Part shown: positions 37,818 to 47,508 of the stretch, in pieces
Position numbering within the stretch: position 1 is the stretch's first letter
Layout of the letters: the number at the start of each line of letters is the position of its first letter
Source: a bacterium
GTDB taxonomy: Bacteria; Patescibacteriota; UBA1384; 2-12-FULL-50-11
Length of the DNA stretch: 64,000 nt
Assembly (NCBI GenBank): GCA_021463485.1
Contig: JAJTYJ010000001.1
Span: forward strand, 1,378-65,377
Direction of reading: 5' to 3'
Notes under the pieces: generated by a model
What the model was told of the DNA's origin: nothing
Databases searched by the model: none
Seen by the model: the letters and a program-made list of their open reading frames with translations, nothing else
Made by a program: the position numbers and the translations under genes

Positions 37818-39483
37818 TCCGTCGTACACCTTGGGAGGAAGCTTCCTCTTTCAAGATTTCAAACCGGCCTAACTCGCCGGTTTTTTTTACGTGCGGTCCA
37901 CCGCAGAGTTCCTTAGAAAAGTCACCGATCGTGTACACGGAGACCATTTCGTCGTATTTGGTGCCGAACTCGGCTTGGGCACCGCTGGCAAGCGCTTCGA
38001 CTTTACTCATTTCTTCTTGAACAACAGGCAAATCTTCTGCAATCTTTGCGTTCACAATTGTCTCAACCTCTTTTAACTCTTCATCGGTTAACTTGCGGTC
38101 AAAATTAAAATCAATTCGCAACCGCTCACTCGTTACGTTCGAGCCTTTCTGAACAACATCGTTTCCGAGAACTTTCTGTAAGGCAGCAAGTAACAGATGG
38201 TGCGCCGTGTGGTGTTTGATTGTTTGGGGTTCGTGATCGGCTAAGCCACCTTTAAACTGTCCGGCCAGACCCGCTCGAGAAACTTCTTGGTGTTGGGTGA
38301 AGAGCTTGGCAAAATAACTTGTGTCAACAGAAAGTCCTTGAGTCACAAGGTACTCAATCACTAGTTCTTTTGGAAAACCGAACGACTCGTACATATAGAA
38401 CGCCAGTTCGGTAATAGATTTCTCACGAGTAATTATTTCTGAGTCAGTGTGAACATCCAGCCATTTCTCAAGATACAAACGGGCTCGCGTGAGATTCTTC
38501 TCAAATTGTTCGTGCTCTTTTTTATAAACTATCAGGACTTCTTCTAAGTCTAATAGCTGATACTGTTCGGAGTAAAATGTTCTAACTTCAGCAAGAATTG
38601 TTGCTGGAATTTGAGGATTGCTTTCAAGAAAGCTAACTTTACGAATTAACCTCCTTAAGATATAGCCTCGGCCTTTATTACTTGGCTCGATTCCAGCACT
38701 AATTAAAAATAATGCTGCTCGCAAGTGATCAACGATAATTCGACTTTCGTATTCTCTTTCTGGATCAACCAACTTGACCCAATTAGCATATGGCTCGATC
38801 TGCCATACCGACGTTTTTCCTTGCAATGTTGCCGCCAGGCGTTCTAGGCCCGAGCCAGTATCTAGTCCTTGACTATTTAATTCAACAAAACTCCCCTCTC
38901 GATCTTTGTAGTACTGATTAAACACCAGGTTCCAAACTTCAACGCCGTCGATATAAATCTCGCTCGTCGGTCCGCACGGACCTTCGTCGCCAGTCGGTCC
39001 CCAAAAGTTATCTTCCCGTCCGGCTTTTTCAACGCGAACGCCGAGTTCTGCCCAAACTTTTTCCGAATCAGTATCCGCCGGCGTTGTGTCGTCGCCCCTG
39101 AACACTGTTGCGTGTACGCGTTCTTTTTCAACACCCAGCTCCAAATTCACAAACTGCCAAGCTTCTTTAATTGCTCGCTCTTTCATTTCGTAGGATTCTG
39201 CCTCGCCGAATCTAAAGTTGCCAAGCATCTCGAAGCTAGTTAAGTGCGTATCATCACCGACTTCGGCTATATCAGATGTTCGAATTACTGGCTGCACTGT
39301 CGCTACCGCTGATGCTGGCGCCTCAGAGGGATGCGAGTAAAAATCTTTAAACTGTTGCATACCAGCAGTAGTAAATAAGACGCTCGGATCGTTTTCTGGT
39401 ACAAGCGAAGATCCGGGCAATACTTTGTAGCCCCTACTCTGAAAAAACTGTAAAAATTTTTCTCGAACTGTCGCTAATTCCAT
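37798..39483 (-). CDS. alaS: Alanine--tRNA ligase (short form, no C-Ala domain)
   Basis: LFTTAGMQQFK, FEMLGNF, HTAHHLL, ELCGGPHV, GVRRIKA. Confidence 0.96.
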   Translation of the reverse strand: MELATVREKFLQFFQSRGYKVLPGSSLVPENDPSVLFTTAGMQQFKDFYSHPSEAPASAVATVQPVIRTSDIAEVGDDTHLTSFEMLGNFRFGEAESYEMKERAIKEAWQFVNLELGVEKERVHATVFRGDDTTPADTDSEKVWAELGVRVEKAGREDNFWGPTGDEGPCGPTSEIYIDGVEVWNLVFNQYYKDREGSFVELNSQGLDTGSGLERLAATLQGKTSVWQIEPYANWVKLVDPEREYESRIIVDHLRAALFLISAGIEPSNKGRGYILRRLIRKVSFLESNPQIPATILAEVRTFYSEQYQLLDLEEVLIVYKKEHEQFEKNLTRARLYLEKWLDVHTDSEIITREKSITELAFYMYESFGFPKELVIEYLVTQGLSVDTSYFAKLFTQHQEVSRAGLAGQFKGGLADHEPQTIKHHTAHHLLLAALQKVLGNDVVQKGSNVTSERLRIDFNFDRKLTDEELKEVETIVNAKIAEDLPVVQEEMSKVEALASGAQAEFGTKYDEMVSVYTIGDFSKELCGGPHVKKTGELGRFEILKEEASSQGVRRIKARCV

Positions 39484-40224
39484 TTAATTTCCAGGGAGGA
39501 AAACTCGCCACAGATCGTTGACGCCGCTAGCATCTTCAGCTGGCTCTTGATCTGAAATAGGATTCGACAGGAGTCCGCGCCAAAAATCGATTATCGGTAC
39601 AGTCGTGATTAAACTGATATCGGTTTTGGGCTGGACGTTAAAGCTACCCGTCTCACCGGCAGGGTTTTCCCACCACTTGCCGTAGATCTTATCATACGCG
39701 CGCCACATTGCCAGAATTTTGTCGGCGTAACCGACCGTCCCGCGTACCGGTGTGCCACGCTCGTAAGCGAGTACTGCTCCGCCACCGCCGTTATAGGCGA
39801 TTAGACCCTTCTTCATATCGCCTTTATAATCTCGAATTCTCGTACAGATGTAATACGCCCCGAATCTAATGGAAAGATCAGGATTTTTCGTTAGATCGCT
39901 CGGTGTAAACGGGGAAACACCTAAGCGTTTAGCCGTGGCAACCGCGGTCGAGGGGATAAACTGCGTCAAGCCAACTGCACCAGCGTACGACTTGGCGTTC
40001 TCGCGCCAACCGCTTTCGGTCATAATTAGCGCTGCCAGGAAGTTCGGAGTAACAGGAAGACCCTGGCAGTATTCTTGCGTCCATTTAGCTACCGAGGCTC
40101 GATACTTTTCAGGCAACGGGTAGCTCACGCTGGCAAACAGTACCGGCCCGAGAAAAAAGACTGTCACGCCAGAAAGCAGCAGAATTCCTGTAATTAGTAA
40201 CGTAATTTTCTTACGCATCGCCAT
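39484..40224 (-). CDS. SLT-domain lytic transglycosylase
   Basis: ALIMTESG, GAVGLTQF, AYNGG. Confidence 0.9.
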   Translation of the reverse strand: MAMRKKITLLITGILLLSGVTVFFLGPVLFASVSYPLPEKYRASVAKWTQEYCQGLPVTPNFLAALIMTESGWRENAKSYAGAVGLTQFIPSTAVATAKRLGVSPFTPSDLTKNPDLSIRFGAYYICTRIRDYKGDMKKGLIAYNGGGGAVLAYERGTPVRGTVGYADKILAMWRAYDKIYGKWWENPAGETGSFNVQPKTDISLITTVPIIDFWRGLLSNPISDQEPAEDASGVNDLWRVFLPGN

Positions 40225-40248
40225 TTCGTCTAGTGTACCAGAGATAGT

Positions 40249-40328
40249 TAGTGCGCGAGAGAGGAATGTCGCTACGCTCCTTCTCCTTCACTTCGTTCAG
40301 TCGCAGTGAACCTTAGGTTTAAGTCGCT
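40249..40328 (-). repeat. tRNA-linked repeat unit A: short element plus duplicate of tRNA-Leu(GAG) 3' end
   Basis: 40249-40265 equals 40332-40348; 40260-40312 is identical to 40440-40492. Confidence 0.9.
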
Positions 40329-40334
40329 CTGTAG

Positions 40335-40418
40335 TGCGCGAGAGAGGACTTGAACCTCCACGGGGTTGCCCCCACAGCCACCTCAAGGCTGCGTGTATAC
40401 CAATTTCACCACTCGCGC
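40335..40418 (-). tRNA. tRNA-Leu(GAG)
   Basis: Anticodon arm CAGCC-TTGAGGT-GGCTG, long variable arm, GGTTCAAGTCC. Confidence 0.95.
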
Positions 40419-40430
40419 ATAATGTTAACA

Positions 40431-40508
40431 GTGCCGGAAAGAGGAATGTCGCTACGCTCCTTCTCCTTCACTTCGTTCAGTCGCAGTGAACCATGGGTTC
40501 AAGCCGCT
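40431..40508 (-). repeat. tRNA-linked repeat unit B: same element plus duplicate of tRNA-Leu(CAG) 3' end
   Basis: 40431-40445 matches 40554-40568 at 14/15; shares the 53-bp core with unit A. Confidence 0.9.
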
Positions 40509-40554
40509 ACCGAAAGAGCGAAACGCCGCCACCTCTGGTGGCAACATCTCGCTG

Positions 40555-40639
40555 TGCCGGAGAGAGGACTTGAACCTCCACGAGCCGTAAGGCTCACTGG
40601 CACCTGAAGCCAGCGTGTCTACCGTTTCACCACCCCGGC
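40555..40639 (-). tRNA. tRNA-Leu(CAG)
   Basis: Anticodon arm CTGGC-TTCAGGT-GCCAG, long variable arm. Confidence 0.95.
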
Positions 40640-40682
40640 AAATTACACCTGATAATTTTACCAAAGAAGTAGCTATTTTTCA

Positions 40683-41975
40683 CTACTTGACCGACCATTG
40701 GCTGATCGATTGCCAGCGATCACGAAGCGCCAGCGGTAGCCATGGCTCTTTATAATTAATCGAATCTTTCAAAAGGAATGATTCCTCTTCCTGCTCTAAA
40801 ACTAAGGCGACACCCAAGTCTTTAAGAAGAATGTGCAAAGAATTAATCATCTCGCGTCGCTTTGCCGGACTTAATTCTCCTTGAATCTGAGCGATAAGCG
40901 TATCAACTTGCTGGTCTTTAACGCCGCTAATATTGTTCGACGGCGGTCGGAGTTGGCTGGAGTGCCAGACGTAGTACGGATCGAGTTCGGCGCCGTACTC
41001 TACTCCAACCAACATCGCCTGAAAATCTCTTGAAGGGCTAATTTTGTTAATTATCTCTTCCTGAGACTTATACTCGACAGTAGCTGGAACGTTTGCCGCT
41101 TGCCATTCGGCGCTGAGTTTAGTGGCAATACTTTTATACGGCTCGACATCCGGAACAGTTAACGTGAATGGCTTAGTTAGGCTCTGGGTAAATAATTGTT
41201 GTCGCGGGACTAACTCTCGGAATGGAGCGCGGTTGATATTTAGAACCAGTACGTAATATCGCGGTAGTTGGAACGATTTTTTTTCGTAACCATCTGGCAC
41301 TGCGTCAATAGCTGAGAGCGTACCGCCGTCGATATTCTTTTTCTCGAAAGCTTTCTTCAGTGCTGCCTCGTCGGGAAAAGTATGGACAATAATCTTATTA
41401 ATATACGCACTTTGCGCTTTGGCTCGCGTATTTCGAGTAAACACAGTAGTTTTTTCGGTCATCTTTCCGACCTTGTACGGCCCGTAATCAAATAATGGCT
41501 GTGCTAATAACAGAGGGAGATTGCTATTTGGTGTAATCAACTCAACCGTTAATGTGTTACCCTCCAATAAATTAAGCTGTGACGGCCCGATGAGATCAAG
41601 ATTTTCGTTAAGACTCTGGAGAATCTCCTCTCCATCAACCTCGGGCGCGATTTGGAAGCTGTACAGCGTTTTCTCCGGATTAACTTCCCATTTGGTAATA
41701 AGCTGATTCTGTAAATTCCCTTGAGCATCGATAGTAAACAGTCCGCTTTTCGTCAACTTTGAGGCGATTGTTTGAACCTCGCGTTCTCCGCCCACTATTC
41801 CGTCTACATAGGTGCCACCGATCGTTGGCGACGATCCTTGTGAACCAGCAAATTGGCGGAACCAAAAAGTACCGCTAATTACGATCACTACAGAAAGAAC
41901 CGCTAGAAGAATTTTTTCGTACTGGGCGACAAGTGAGCTAACTTTATTAGCTACCCGCGCAACGATGCGCAACAT
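40683..41975 (-). CDS. Family-5 (peptide) ABC substrate-binding-like protein
   Basis: TM anchor, GGTYVDGIVG, GPYKV, DPYYVWHSSQ. Confidence 0.75.
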   Translation of the reverse strand: MLRIVARVANKVSSLVAQYEKILLAVLSVVIVISGTFWFRQFAGSQGSSPTIGGTYVDGIVGGEREVQTIASKLTKSGLFTIDAQGNLQNQLITKWEVNPEKTLYSFQIAPEVDGEEILQSLNENLDLIGPSQLNLLEGNTLTVELITPNSNLPLLLAQPLFDYGPYKVGKMTEKTTVFTRNTRAKAQSAYINKIIVHTFPDEAALKKAFEKKNIDGGTLSAIDAVPDGYEKKSFQLPRYYVLVLNINRAPFRELVPRQQLFTQSLTKPFTLTVPDVEPYKSIATKLSAEWQAANVPATVEYKSQEEIINKISPSRDFQAMLVGVEYGAELDPYYVWHSSQLRPPSNNISGVKDQQVDTLIAQIQGELSPAKRREMINSLHILLKDLGVALVLEQEEESFLLKDSINYKEPWLPLALRDRWQSISQWSVK

Positions 41976-41978
41976 CGT

Positions 41979-42194
41979 TTACAAGAAGAGTTGGGCAATT
42001 GCTGAAACAACAAAGACGGCTGCAAAAAGTATAGTCGTTCGAAATAGCAATCGCTCAACGCCTCGACGAGACCGATATGATAGATCTTCACCACCGAACG
42101 CTCCCCCTAAACCGGTACCACGATGCTGAAGAAGTATTGAAACGATCAAAATTACCGCAGCGATAATTTGGATCACCTGGACAGTATTGGCCAT
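41979..42194 (-). CDS. secG: Preprotein translocase SecG
   Basis: ILLQ.RG.GLGGAFGG...RRGVE; two TMs. Confidence 0.92.
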   Translation of the reverse strand: MANTVQVIQIIAAVILIVSILLQHRGTGLGGAFGGEDLSYRSRRGVERLLFRTTILFAAVFVVSAIAQLFL

Positions 42195-42242
42195 GTGTGC
42201 AAAATATTAGCCTTCTCCAGAGAGTAAGTCAAGGTAAAACTG

Positions 42243-42314
42243 AGGCCAGAAGGGGATTTGCACCCCTGTAAAACGGTTTTGCAGACCGTTCCCTAACTAC
42301 TCGGGCACCTGGCC
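42243..42314 (-). tRNA. tRNA-Cys(GCA)
   Basis: Anticodon arm ACGGT-CTGCAAA-ACCGT; T-loop TGCAAAT is atypical. Confidence 0.88.
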
Positions 42315-42419
42315 AATTACTCGATGATTATACCTGTATTTTCTTCAGCTAACGAGCTGTTTTAGATCATATTTACTTTTGCTACACTTCCGACATCAAC
42401 TGAAGGAGGTTGAAGCACC

Positions 42420-43607
42420 TTGGCAATTAAATATTTGAATGATCGACTCTACTTCCAAATCCCCGTCAGCAACGACGATCTTCGCCTATACCAGACTAGG
42501 GAAATGACCCGACTTAGAGAAGTGTCTCTCTCAGCCATCCCACCTTGGGTTCTGCCCTGCGGGCTATGTGCTACGAAGTTTGAGCACTCCGTTGGTGTCG
42601 AGTACTTAGCACGAATTGTCTGCGAGCAACACGGATTCAGCGATCAGGCGATTAATATCCGATTCGCTGCGCTTGGCCACGATGTCGGCACGCCGCCGTT
42701 TTCGCATATGTCCGAGTACTATCTCAAACTACTTCACGGCAAGGATCACGAAGAGTTTGCAGAAGATGTACTGCTAAACTCTGAGCTGAGCGAAGAAATG
42801 ACACGTCAGGGTGGAAATGTCGAGACAATTACTCGAATGATCACTGGCAAATATCCGCCGCTTAGCGATATCGTTAACGGATCGATTGACGTCGACAATC
42901 TAGATAACTCTTTGCGGTATTGCATCAGTATGGGCCTAGTGAACCACCCAACATACAGCCCTGTTACTTTGGCTAGTAGCTACCGGTTTTCTGAGTCCAG
43001 AGGTATATATCTAGACGAACGTGCCCTACCGGAGCTACCAGGCTGGGAAGAATGTCGATCACGCACATATAGCTTTGTGTACTCGGATCGCAATCTTGCT
43101 CCGGGCAGTATGCTCCACCGAGCAATGGATCTTGCAACTAGGATAGGGGTTGACGAGATTCCACCAGAGTTTTTCCGAATGACTGATTCAGCCGCATATC
43201 AGTGGTTACTCACTAAGTGCAACAGCAGAACAAGGAATCTAGCTGAATGTGTGCAACACTTCCAACAACATGAATTGGTTGTATCTGCGACATTGGATCA
43301 TGAAGACGAGGCGTTAGCTGAGCTAATTAGCACACCGTGGTCGCGAGGAATCCTTGCCGATGAGGTGGCAGATGAGCTCTCAATTTCACCTGAAAGCGTC
43401 TCCGTATATCACGGCAAGAATAAGGGTTATAAAGCTATCCACCTACCGATCCTGGACGACGCAGGCTCTGCCTTGCCTATGCACCAATCGATCCTGCATG
43501 AAAGTTGGTATCTCCGAATATTTGTAGATCCGGCTAAAATCAACCAGAGGACTAAGTCAACAATACGGAGGTTGCTAGAGAAAAAACTCACATCATTACA
43601 ACTATAA
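42420..43607 (+). CDS. HD-domain phosphohydrolase, SAMHD1/dNTP-triphosphohydrolase-like
   Basis: KFEHSVGV, GHDVGTPPFSHMSE, DHE, IDVDNLD; AAGGAGG RBS. Confidence 0.85.
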   Translation: MAIKYLNDRLYFQIPVSNDDLRLYQTREMTRLREVSLSAIPPWVLPCGLCATKFEHSVGVEYLARIVCEQHGFSDQAINIRFAALGHDVGTPPFSHMSEYYLKLLHGKDHEEFAEDVLLNSELSEEMTRQGGNVETITRMITGKYPPLSDIVNGSIDVDNLDNSLRYCISMGLVNHPTYSPVTLASSYRFSESRGIYLDERALPELPGWEECRSRTYSFVYSDRNLAPGSMLHRAMDLATRIGVDEIPPEFFRMTDSAAYQWLLTKCNSRTRNLAECVQHFQQHELVVSATLDHEDEALAELISTPWSRGILADEVADELSISPESVSVYHGKNKGYKAIHLPILDDAGSALPMHQSILHESWYLRIFVDPAKINQRTKSTIRRLLEKKLTSLQL

Positions 43608-43632
43608 CCCGGCGATCGCCGGGTATTTTTTG

Positions 43633-43705
<73 letters not shown>

Positions 43706-43776
43706 AATTCAACCAATATTCTATCTGCTGAACTCGGTTGTGTAAAGGAGAAAACTCGGTTAGTATCCAGTTAGAA

Positions 43777-44085
43777 ATGAGTAAAAAATCTAAGAAAAAC
43801 CTACAAAAGATACTGGCTAAGCGGCAGCAGCTCCAACAGCTTAAACCAAGTTCGCCGGCCGAAACGCTGTTACCCGTGCCTGAAAAGCACGTGGCGCTGC
43901 CAGCCGAACCTAAGCCAGCAACCCAACTACCAGCTTACTCTCACGGACGCGAGCTAATCCGCACTTCAGTCAGTATCGGTATTATCACTCTGTTGTTAGT
44001 TGCGATAATCATTTTCGATCAGCAGAGAAACGATTTAGAGACGTTTGGCAATTGGCTATACCAGGCACTTCGGCTTGATCAGTAG
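43777..44085 (+). CDS. Small single-TM protein
   Basis: Basic N-terminus, Pro-rich linker, C-terminal TM. Confidence 0.55.
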   Translation: MSKKSKKNLQKILAKRQQLQQLKPSSPAETLLPVPEKHVALPAEPKPATQLPAYSHGRELIRTSVSIGIITLLLVAIIIFDQQRNDLETFGNWLYQALRLDQ

Positions 44086-45501
44086 TTAAAGAATCGGCTC
44101 TTCTTTCCAAGAAAGAATTGCGTGAGACCCGGTTTTAGGAAATAGCGGCGGCGGGTTAAGCGTTAGATACGGGTCGTACGTTTGCGTTGTATTTTGGTAC
44201 CCGGAAACTACCGTGCCGCTCCCGTTTACCCAACTCCACGTCCACCAGGAATTACTAGCGATACCGCCGTAGATACTAATACTATTCCGGACATTCCCGG
44301 AATAAAGCGGACGGAAAACTTTTCCTTTCTGCGAAAGCAGATACGCGTCTAATACTAAATCGTTCTCGCTATTAGAGTTAACCCGGATATCAGATTGGCT
44401 AACGATCCCAAGCGCCACACTACCGTCCTTAGCGGCGTAAACAATATCGTTTTGCAAATAGACGCTAGTATTAGTTGAAGTAGTATCTGGTAGCCTACCG
44501 GAAGCGACTGTTAGTCTTGAAGTAATTGTTCCCCAAATCCAGGCGTTATCGGCAACGTAAATAATGCCGTTATTCGGTAATGCGGTCGCGGTAGCATCCC
44601 ACACAACAGACTGTATCAACGAATCGGCTCGACTGTGCGCCGTACAGGTACCCCCCGAATTACCGGCGTCGCGACTAGCAGTAACCTTCCCGATCAGCAC
44701 CGTCCCGTTGGCGTTGAATTGCAAGGCGTAACCGCTATATGTTTTTCTTCCTTGGTTGTCGACTAACGTCGGCAGGTGGATACCGTCGTCAATCGCCGCC
44801 GTTTGCAGCGCGCTGAGGTCAGTCGTAATTTGGTTAAAGTCGATTTGTGGAACCGGGAAATTCCAGTACGTTGTCGGTCCGCCGGTACCCCAAACACCAC
44901 TTTTCACGCTGCCGTCGCCGCCAAAACAGGTAGAGGGCGTATATGTCGAAACAGCAGCCGTTACCAAACCGTTAGCCAAACCGTCGAAATGAATTCCCTT
45001 ATTTGAGTGCACCAAACCATTAGTCGTTTCCGTGTTGCCAAACCAAGCTTCTGAGTTAGTAACAAACGAGTATTGCGCGAATGACGGAACGCCAAGACTG
45101 GCAAGAATGGTCCGTTTCTCCCCCGTTACGGTCTCGCCGACGGATCGAACAGTAACAGTATTACCGCCAGAAACAGGCGGAGTAATCGTTAGCTCGTATT
45201 CACCTAAGATATTACCATCGACGTCTTTGTATTGGTGTGTGTACGGCCCGAACGGTCCGTTCCCGGTGCAAGAATTACCGTCACAGTAATCTTGGCTGTT
45301 GTGCGAGAGATGCCAGAGGTAATAGTTTATCCCTGCTTCCGCTACGTTTAGCGCTGTTGTCGATTGGCCTTGTTTTTTAACGATTCGAAAGTTACTGAAC
45401 GCCAACGAAAGAATTGCAGTTGTGATAATAAACACAACTGCAGCGATCGTCATGATTAACGGCAAGTAATACCCAGACTTTTTTCGTAGGAATATCTTCA
45501 T
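44086..45501 (-). CDS. PilX-like minor pilin
   Basis: SG-YYLPL N-terminus, ALNVAEAGI, VRSVG; follows other pilins. Confidence 0.8.
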   Translation of the reverse strand: MKIFLRKKSGYYLPLIMTIAAVVFIITTAILSLAFSNFRIVKKQGQSTTALNVAEAGINYYLWHLSHNSQDYCDGNSCTGNGPFGPYTHQYKDVDGNILGEYELTITPPVSGGNTVTVRSVGETVTGEKRTILASLGVPSFAQYSFVTNSEAWFGNTETTNGLVHSNKGIHFDGLANGLVTAAVSTYTPSTCFGGDGSVKSGVWGTGGPTTYWNFPVPQIDFNQITTDLSALQTAAIDDGIHLPTLVDNQGRKTYSGYALQFNANGTVLIGKVTASRDAGNSGGTCTAHSRADSLIQSVVWDATATALPNNGIIYVADNAWIWGTITSRLTVASGRLPDTTSTNTSVYLQNDIVYAAKDGSVALGIVSQSDIRVNSNSENDLVLDAYLLSQKGKVFRPLYSGNVRNSISIYGGIASNSWWTWSWVNGSGTVVSGYQNTTQTYDPYLTLNPPPLFPKTGSHAILSWKEEPIL

Positions 45502-46091
45502 AAATTAGTTTTAAAATTTCTTAGCGTGGCTTTTGTGGTAACTGTTATCGGGTTAGCTAGCATACCAGTAATATCAAGACAACTTGGTAATACCTCGATA
45601 ACCCTCACCTCCGAGAGTGAGACCGGTACAGGCAATAACGTGTTCTCTTCGTTGTAGTACTTAAATAGAGGTAGAAGATCGCTATTTGTAACCTTTGGTA
45701 GCAGGGTAAACGTTTCAGTGTCTTGAGGGTCGTAGGTGTAATTTGGCGCTGTACCGCTGGCTGGGGTTACATCGTATCTAACAGCTTGCTCGCCGTTATG
45801 GGAGGCGATTCGGTAGTAAATCTCGCTAGGCGCGGCGTCGCCGACGTTACGATACGCCCGCACTCGTAATGTTGTATTAGTTGCTTCCAATATTTGGGTG
45901 GTACTTCGTAGTACTTTATTAATATTATCTACCCCTAGATTAATATCACGTTGGACTAGCGAGGTCGCCTCCACCCGACGATTATCTGAGAGACTCTTTA
46001 CGACCACCGAAATAACGATAGCGCCCAGAATAGAACCGAGACCGGCAACAACTATCAGCTCAATAATCGTAAACGCCCGACGGCTGCCCAT
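45498..46091 (-). CDS. PilW-like minor pilin
   Basis: RAFTIIEL prepilin motif; C-terminal LRN. Confidence 0.8.
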   Translation of the reverse strand: MGSRRAFTIIELIVVAGLGSILGAIVISVVVKSLSDNRRVEATSLVQRDINLGVDNINKVLRSTTQILEATNTTLRVRAYRNVGDAAPSEIYYRIASHNGEQAVRYDVTPASGTAPNYTYDPQDTETFTLLPKVTNSDLLPLFKYYNEENTLLPVPVSLSEVRVIEVLPSCLDITGMLANPITVTTKATLRNFKTNL

Positions 46092-47467
46092 CAGGAAACG
46101 GTGAAGCCGCCGACTTGTGTAATAACCTTGCCCGCGGCATCAACAACGATATCCCAAACCCCAGTAGCAACTCCGCTAAGATTTAGTGTTACGGTAATTG
46201 TCTTTTGGTTTGCATCTACAACTATTGTGGTTGGGTTTACATCACTATAACCCGCTCGCGAAAGTTTCACTGTGGTACTACCAGGAAAACTATCTCCCTC
46301 AATCACAATTTCAACTGTACTCCCCGCCACGCCAGAGGTCGGGCTAACGGTTGAAATAATCGGCCAGCTACTAGCAGTGGTAGCAGTCATGGCGACATTA
46401 GTCGTTGCGCTTGGCACCACCGACACGGCTTGATACGGGCTGGTAGTAAGAATGGTGTAGCCGGACGGAACACTTAACGCGTAGCTATCCCACTCGATAT
46501 TATTGAACGTTGCGATGCCGCTGGCGTTGGTTGTTTGGTTATAAACATTCTTCGGCAACTCTGGATTGAACTGTGTTATTTTTGTGCTCGTTGCCGTAAC
46601 TTGTATGCCGCTCACCGGCTGGTTTAATTCGTTAACAACAGTTACAGCCATATCGGCTAAATAATCGATCGCTAAGTTCTGGATAGTAATTTGCTGCTGG
46701 TTAATATCGACGTCGGGCTGAACTTGATTCGGGTTTTGAGCGGTGCGCGGTGTCGTAAAATCACTCGAGTAACCGTCTTTAGTAACCACAATGTGATATC
46801 CGTTCTGGTTATCAGGCGGTACATTAGCCACGAACACACATCCTTGGTTATTTGTTATTCCTTGAACGTTCACGCCCAACACCGTATTAGTTATCGTTAC
46901 AGTCGCATTCGGTACAGCTAGGCCTTGGGAGTCATTAATACAGACCAACAACATACCCGTGTTTGATGGCGTTTCGGCTGCTTTCGCCGCAGCGTTACTT
47001 GCGAGCGTCGCAAGTACGGTTGGGTTATTGAGCTGAGTAACGGTAATCTGTATACGTTTGTAATCAACCGGTACTGTGTCTTGTTGCGTTGAGGTCTGTC
47101 CGTCGGTACATTCGTACACTCCGGCACCAGCTGGAACTGCACAACCGTCGTACGGATCATCGATTGTAATAATGATAGTTGAGAGGGTAAAGTCTAACCC
47201 GCTTCGATTAACAGTTTGGGTGTCTGGGATATCACCTTGCGGTAGAATCGTTCCGTTTTGCGTCGCTAGATCGTTGTACGGCAAGTTGCGCAGCGTCTCC
47301 ATCTGCTCGTTTGCCAACAGCGTCGCTGCAGTCCTGGCCTTACCGGCGCCAACTACATTTAGTACTAGGATAAAACTTGTTACTAGTACGCCAAAAACGG
47401 CCGTAATAATAAACGTGTCGATAACGATTTCCAGTATTGTGAACGCTCGACGGTTTTTTAGTTTCAT
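46091..47467 (-). CDS. PilV-like minor pilin with beta-sandwich and IPT/TIG-like domains
   Basis: RAFTILEI, LANEQME.LRNLPY, P.ISTVSP.SG..G..V. Confidence 0.8.
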   Translation of the reverse strand: MKLKNRRAFTILEIVIDTFIITAVFGVLVTSFILVLNVVGAGKARTAATLLANEQMETLRNLPYNDLATQNGTILPQGDIPDTQTVNRSGLDFTLSTIIITIDDPYDGCAVPAGAGVYECTDGQTSTQQDTVPVDYKRIQITVTQLNNPTVLATLASNAAAKAAETPSNTGMLLVCINDSQGLAVPNATVTITNTVLGVNVQGITNNQGCVFVANVPPDNQNGYHIVVTKDGYSSDFTTPRTAQNPNQVQPDVDINQQQITIQNLAIDYLADMAVTVVNELNQPVSGIQVTATSTKITQFNPELPKNVYNQTTNASGIATFNNIEWDSYALSVPSGYTILTTSPYQAVSVVPSATTNVAMTATTASSWPIISTVSPTSGVAGSTVEIVIEGDSFPGSTTVKLSRAGYSDVNPTTIVVDANQKTITVTLNLSGVATGVWDIVVDAAGKVITQVGGFTVS

Positions 47468-47508
47468 CCCCTCTTACTCATCATAGTACAGAAGCAGCTG
47501 TAGGCAAG

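Noticed and set aside
37798-39483. alaS as a truncated pseudogene
   Set aside because: Aminoacylation and editing motifs are intact and the frame ends cleanly after the editing domain
40249-40640. Possible CRISPR array
   Set aside because: Only two units, the intervening sequences are tRNA genes, and there are no cas genes
43741-43758. TGTAAAG half-site near tRNA-Gly
   Set aside because: No matching CTTTAC arm at the N4 spacing
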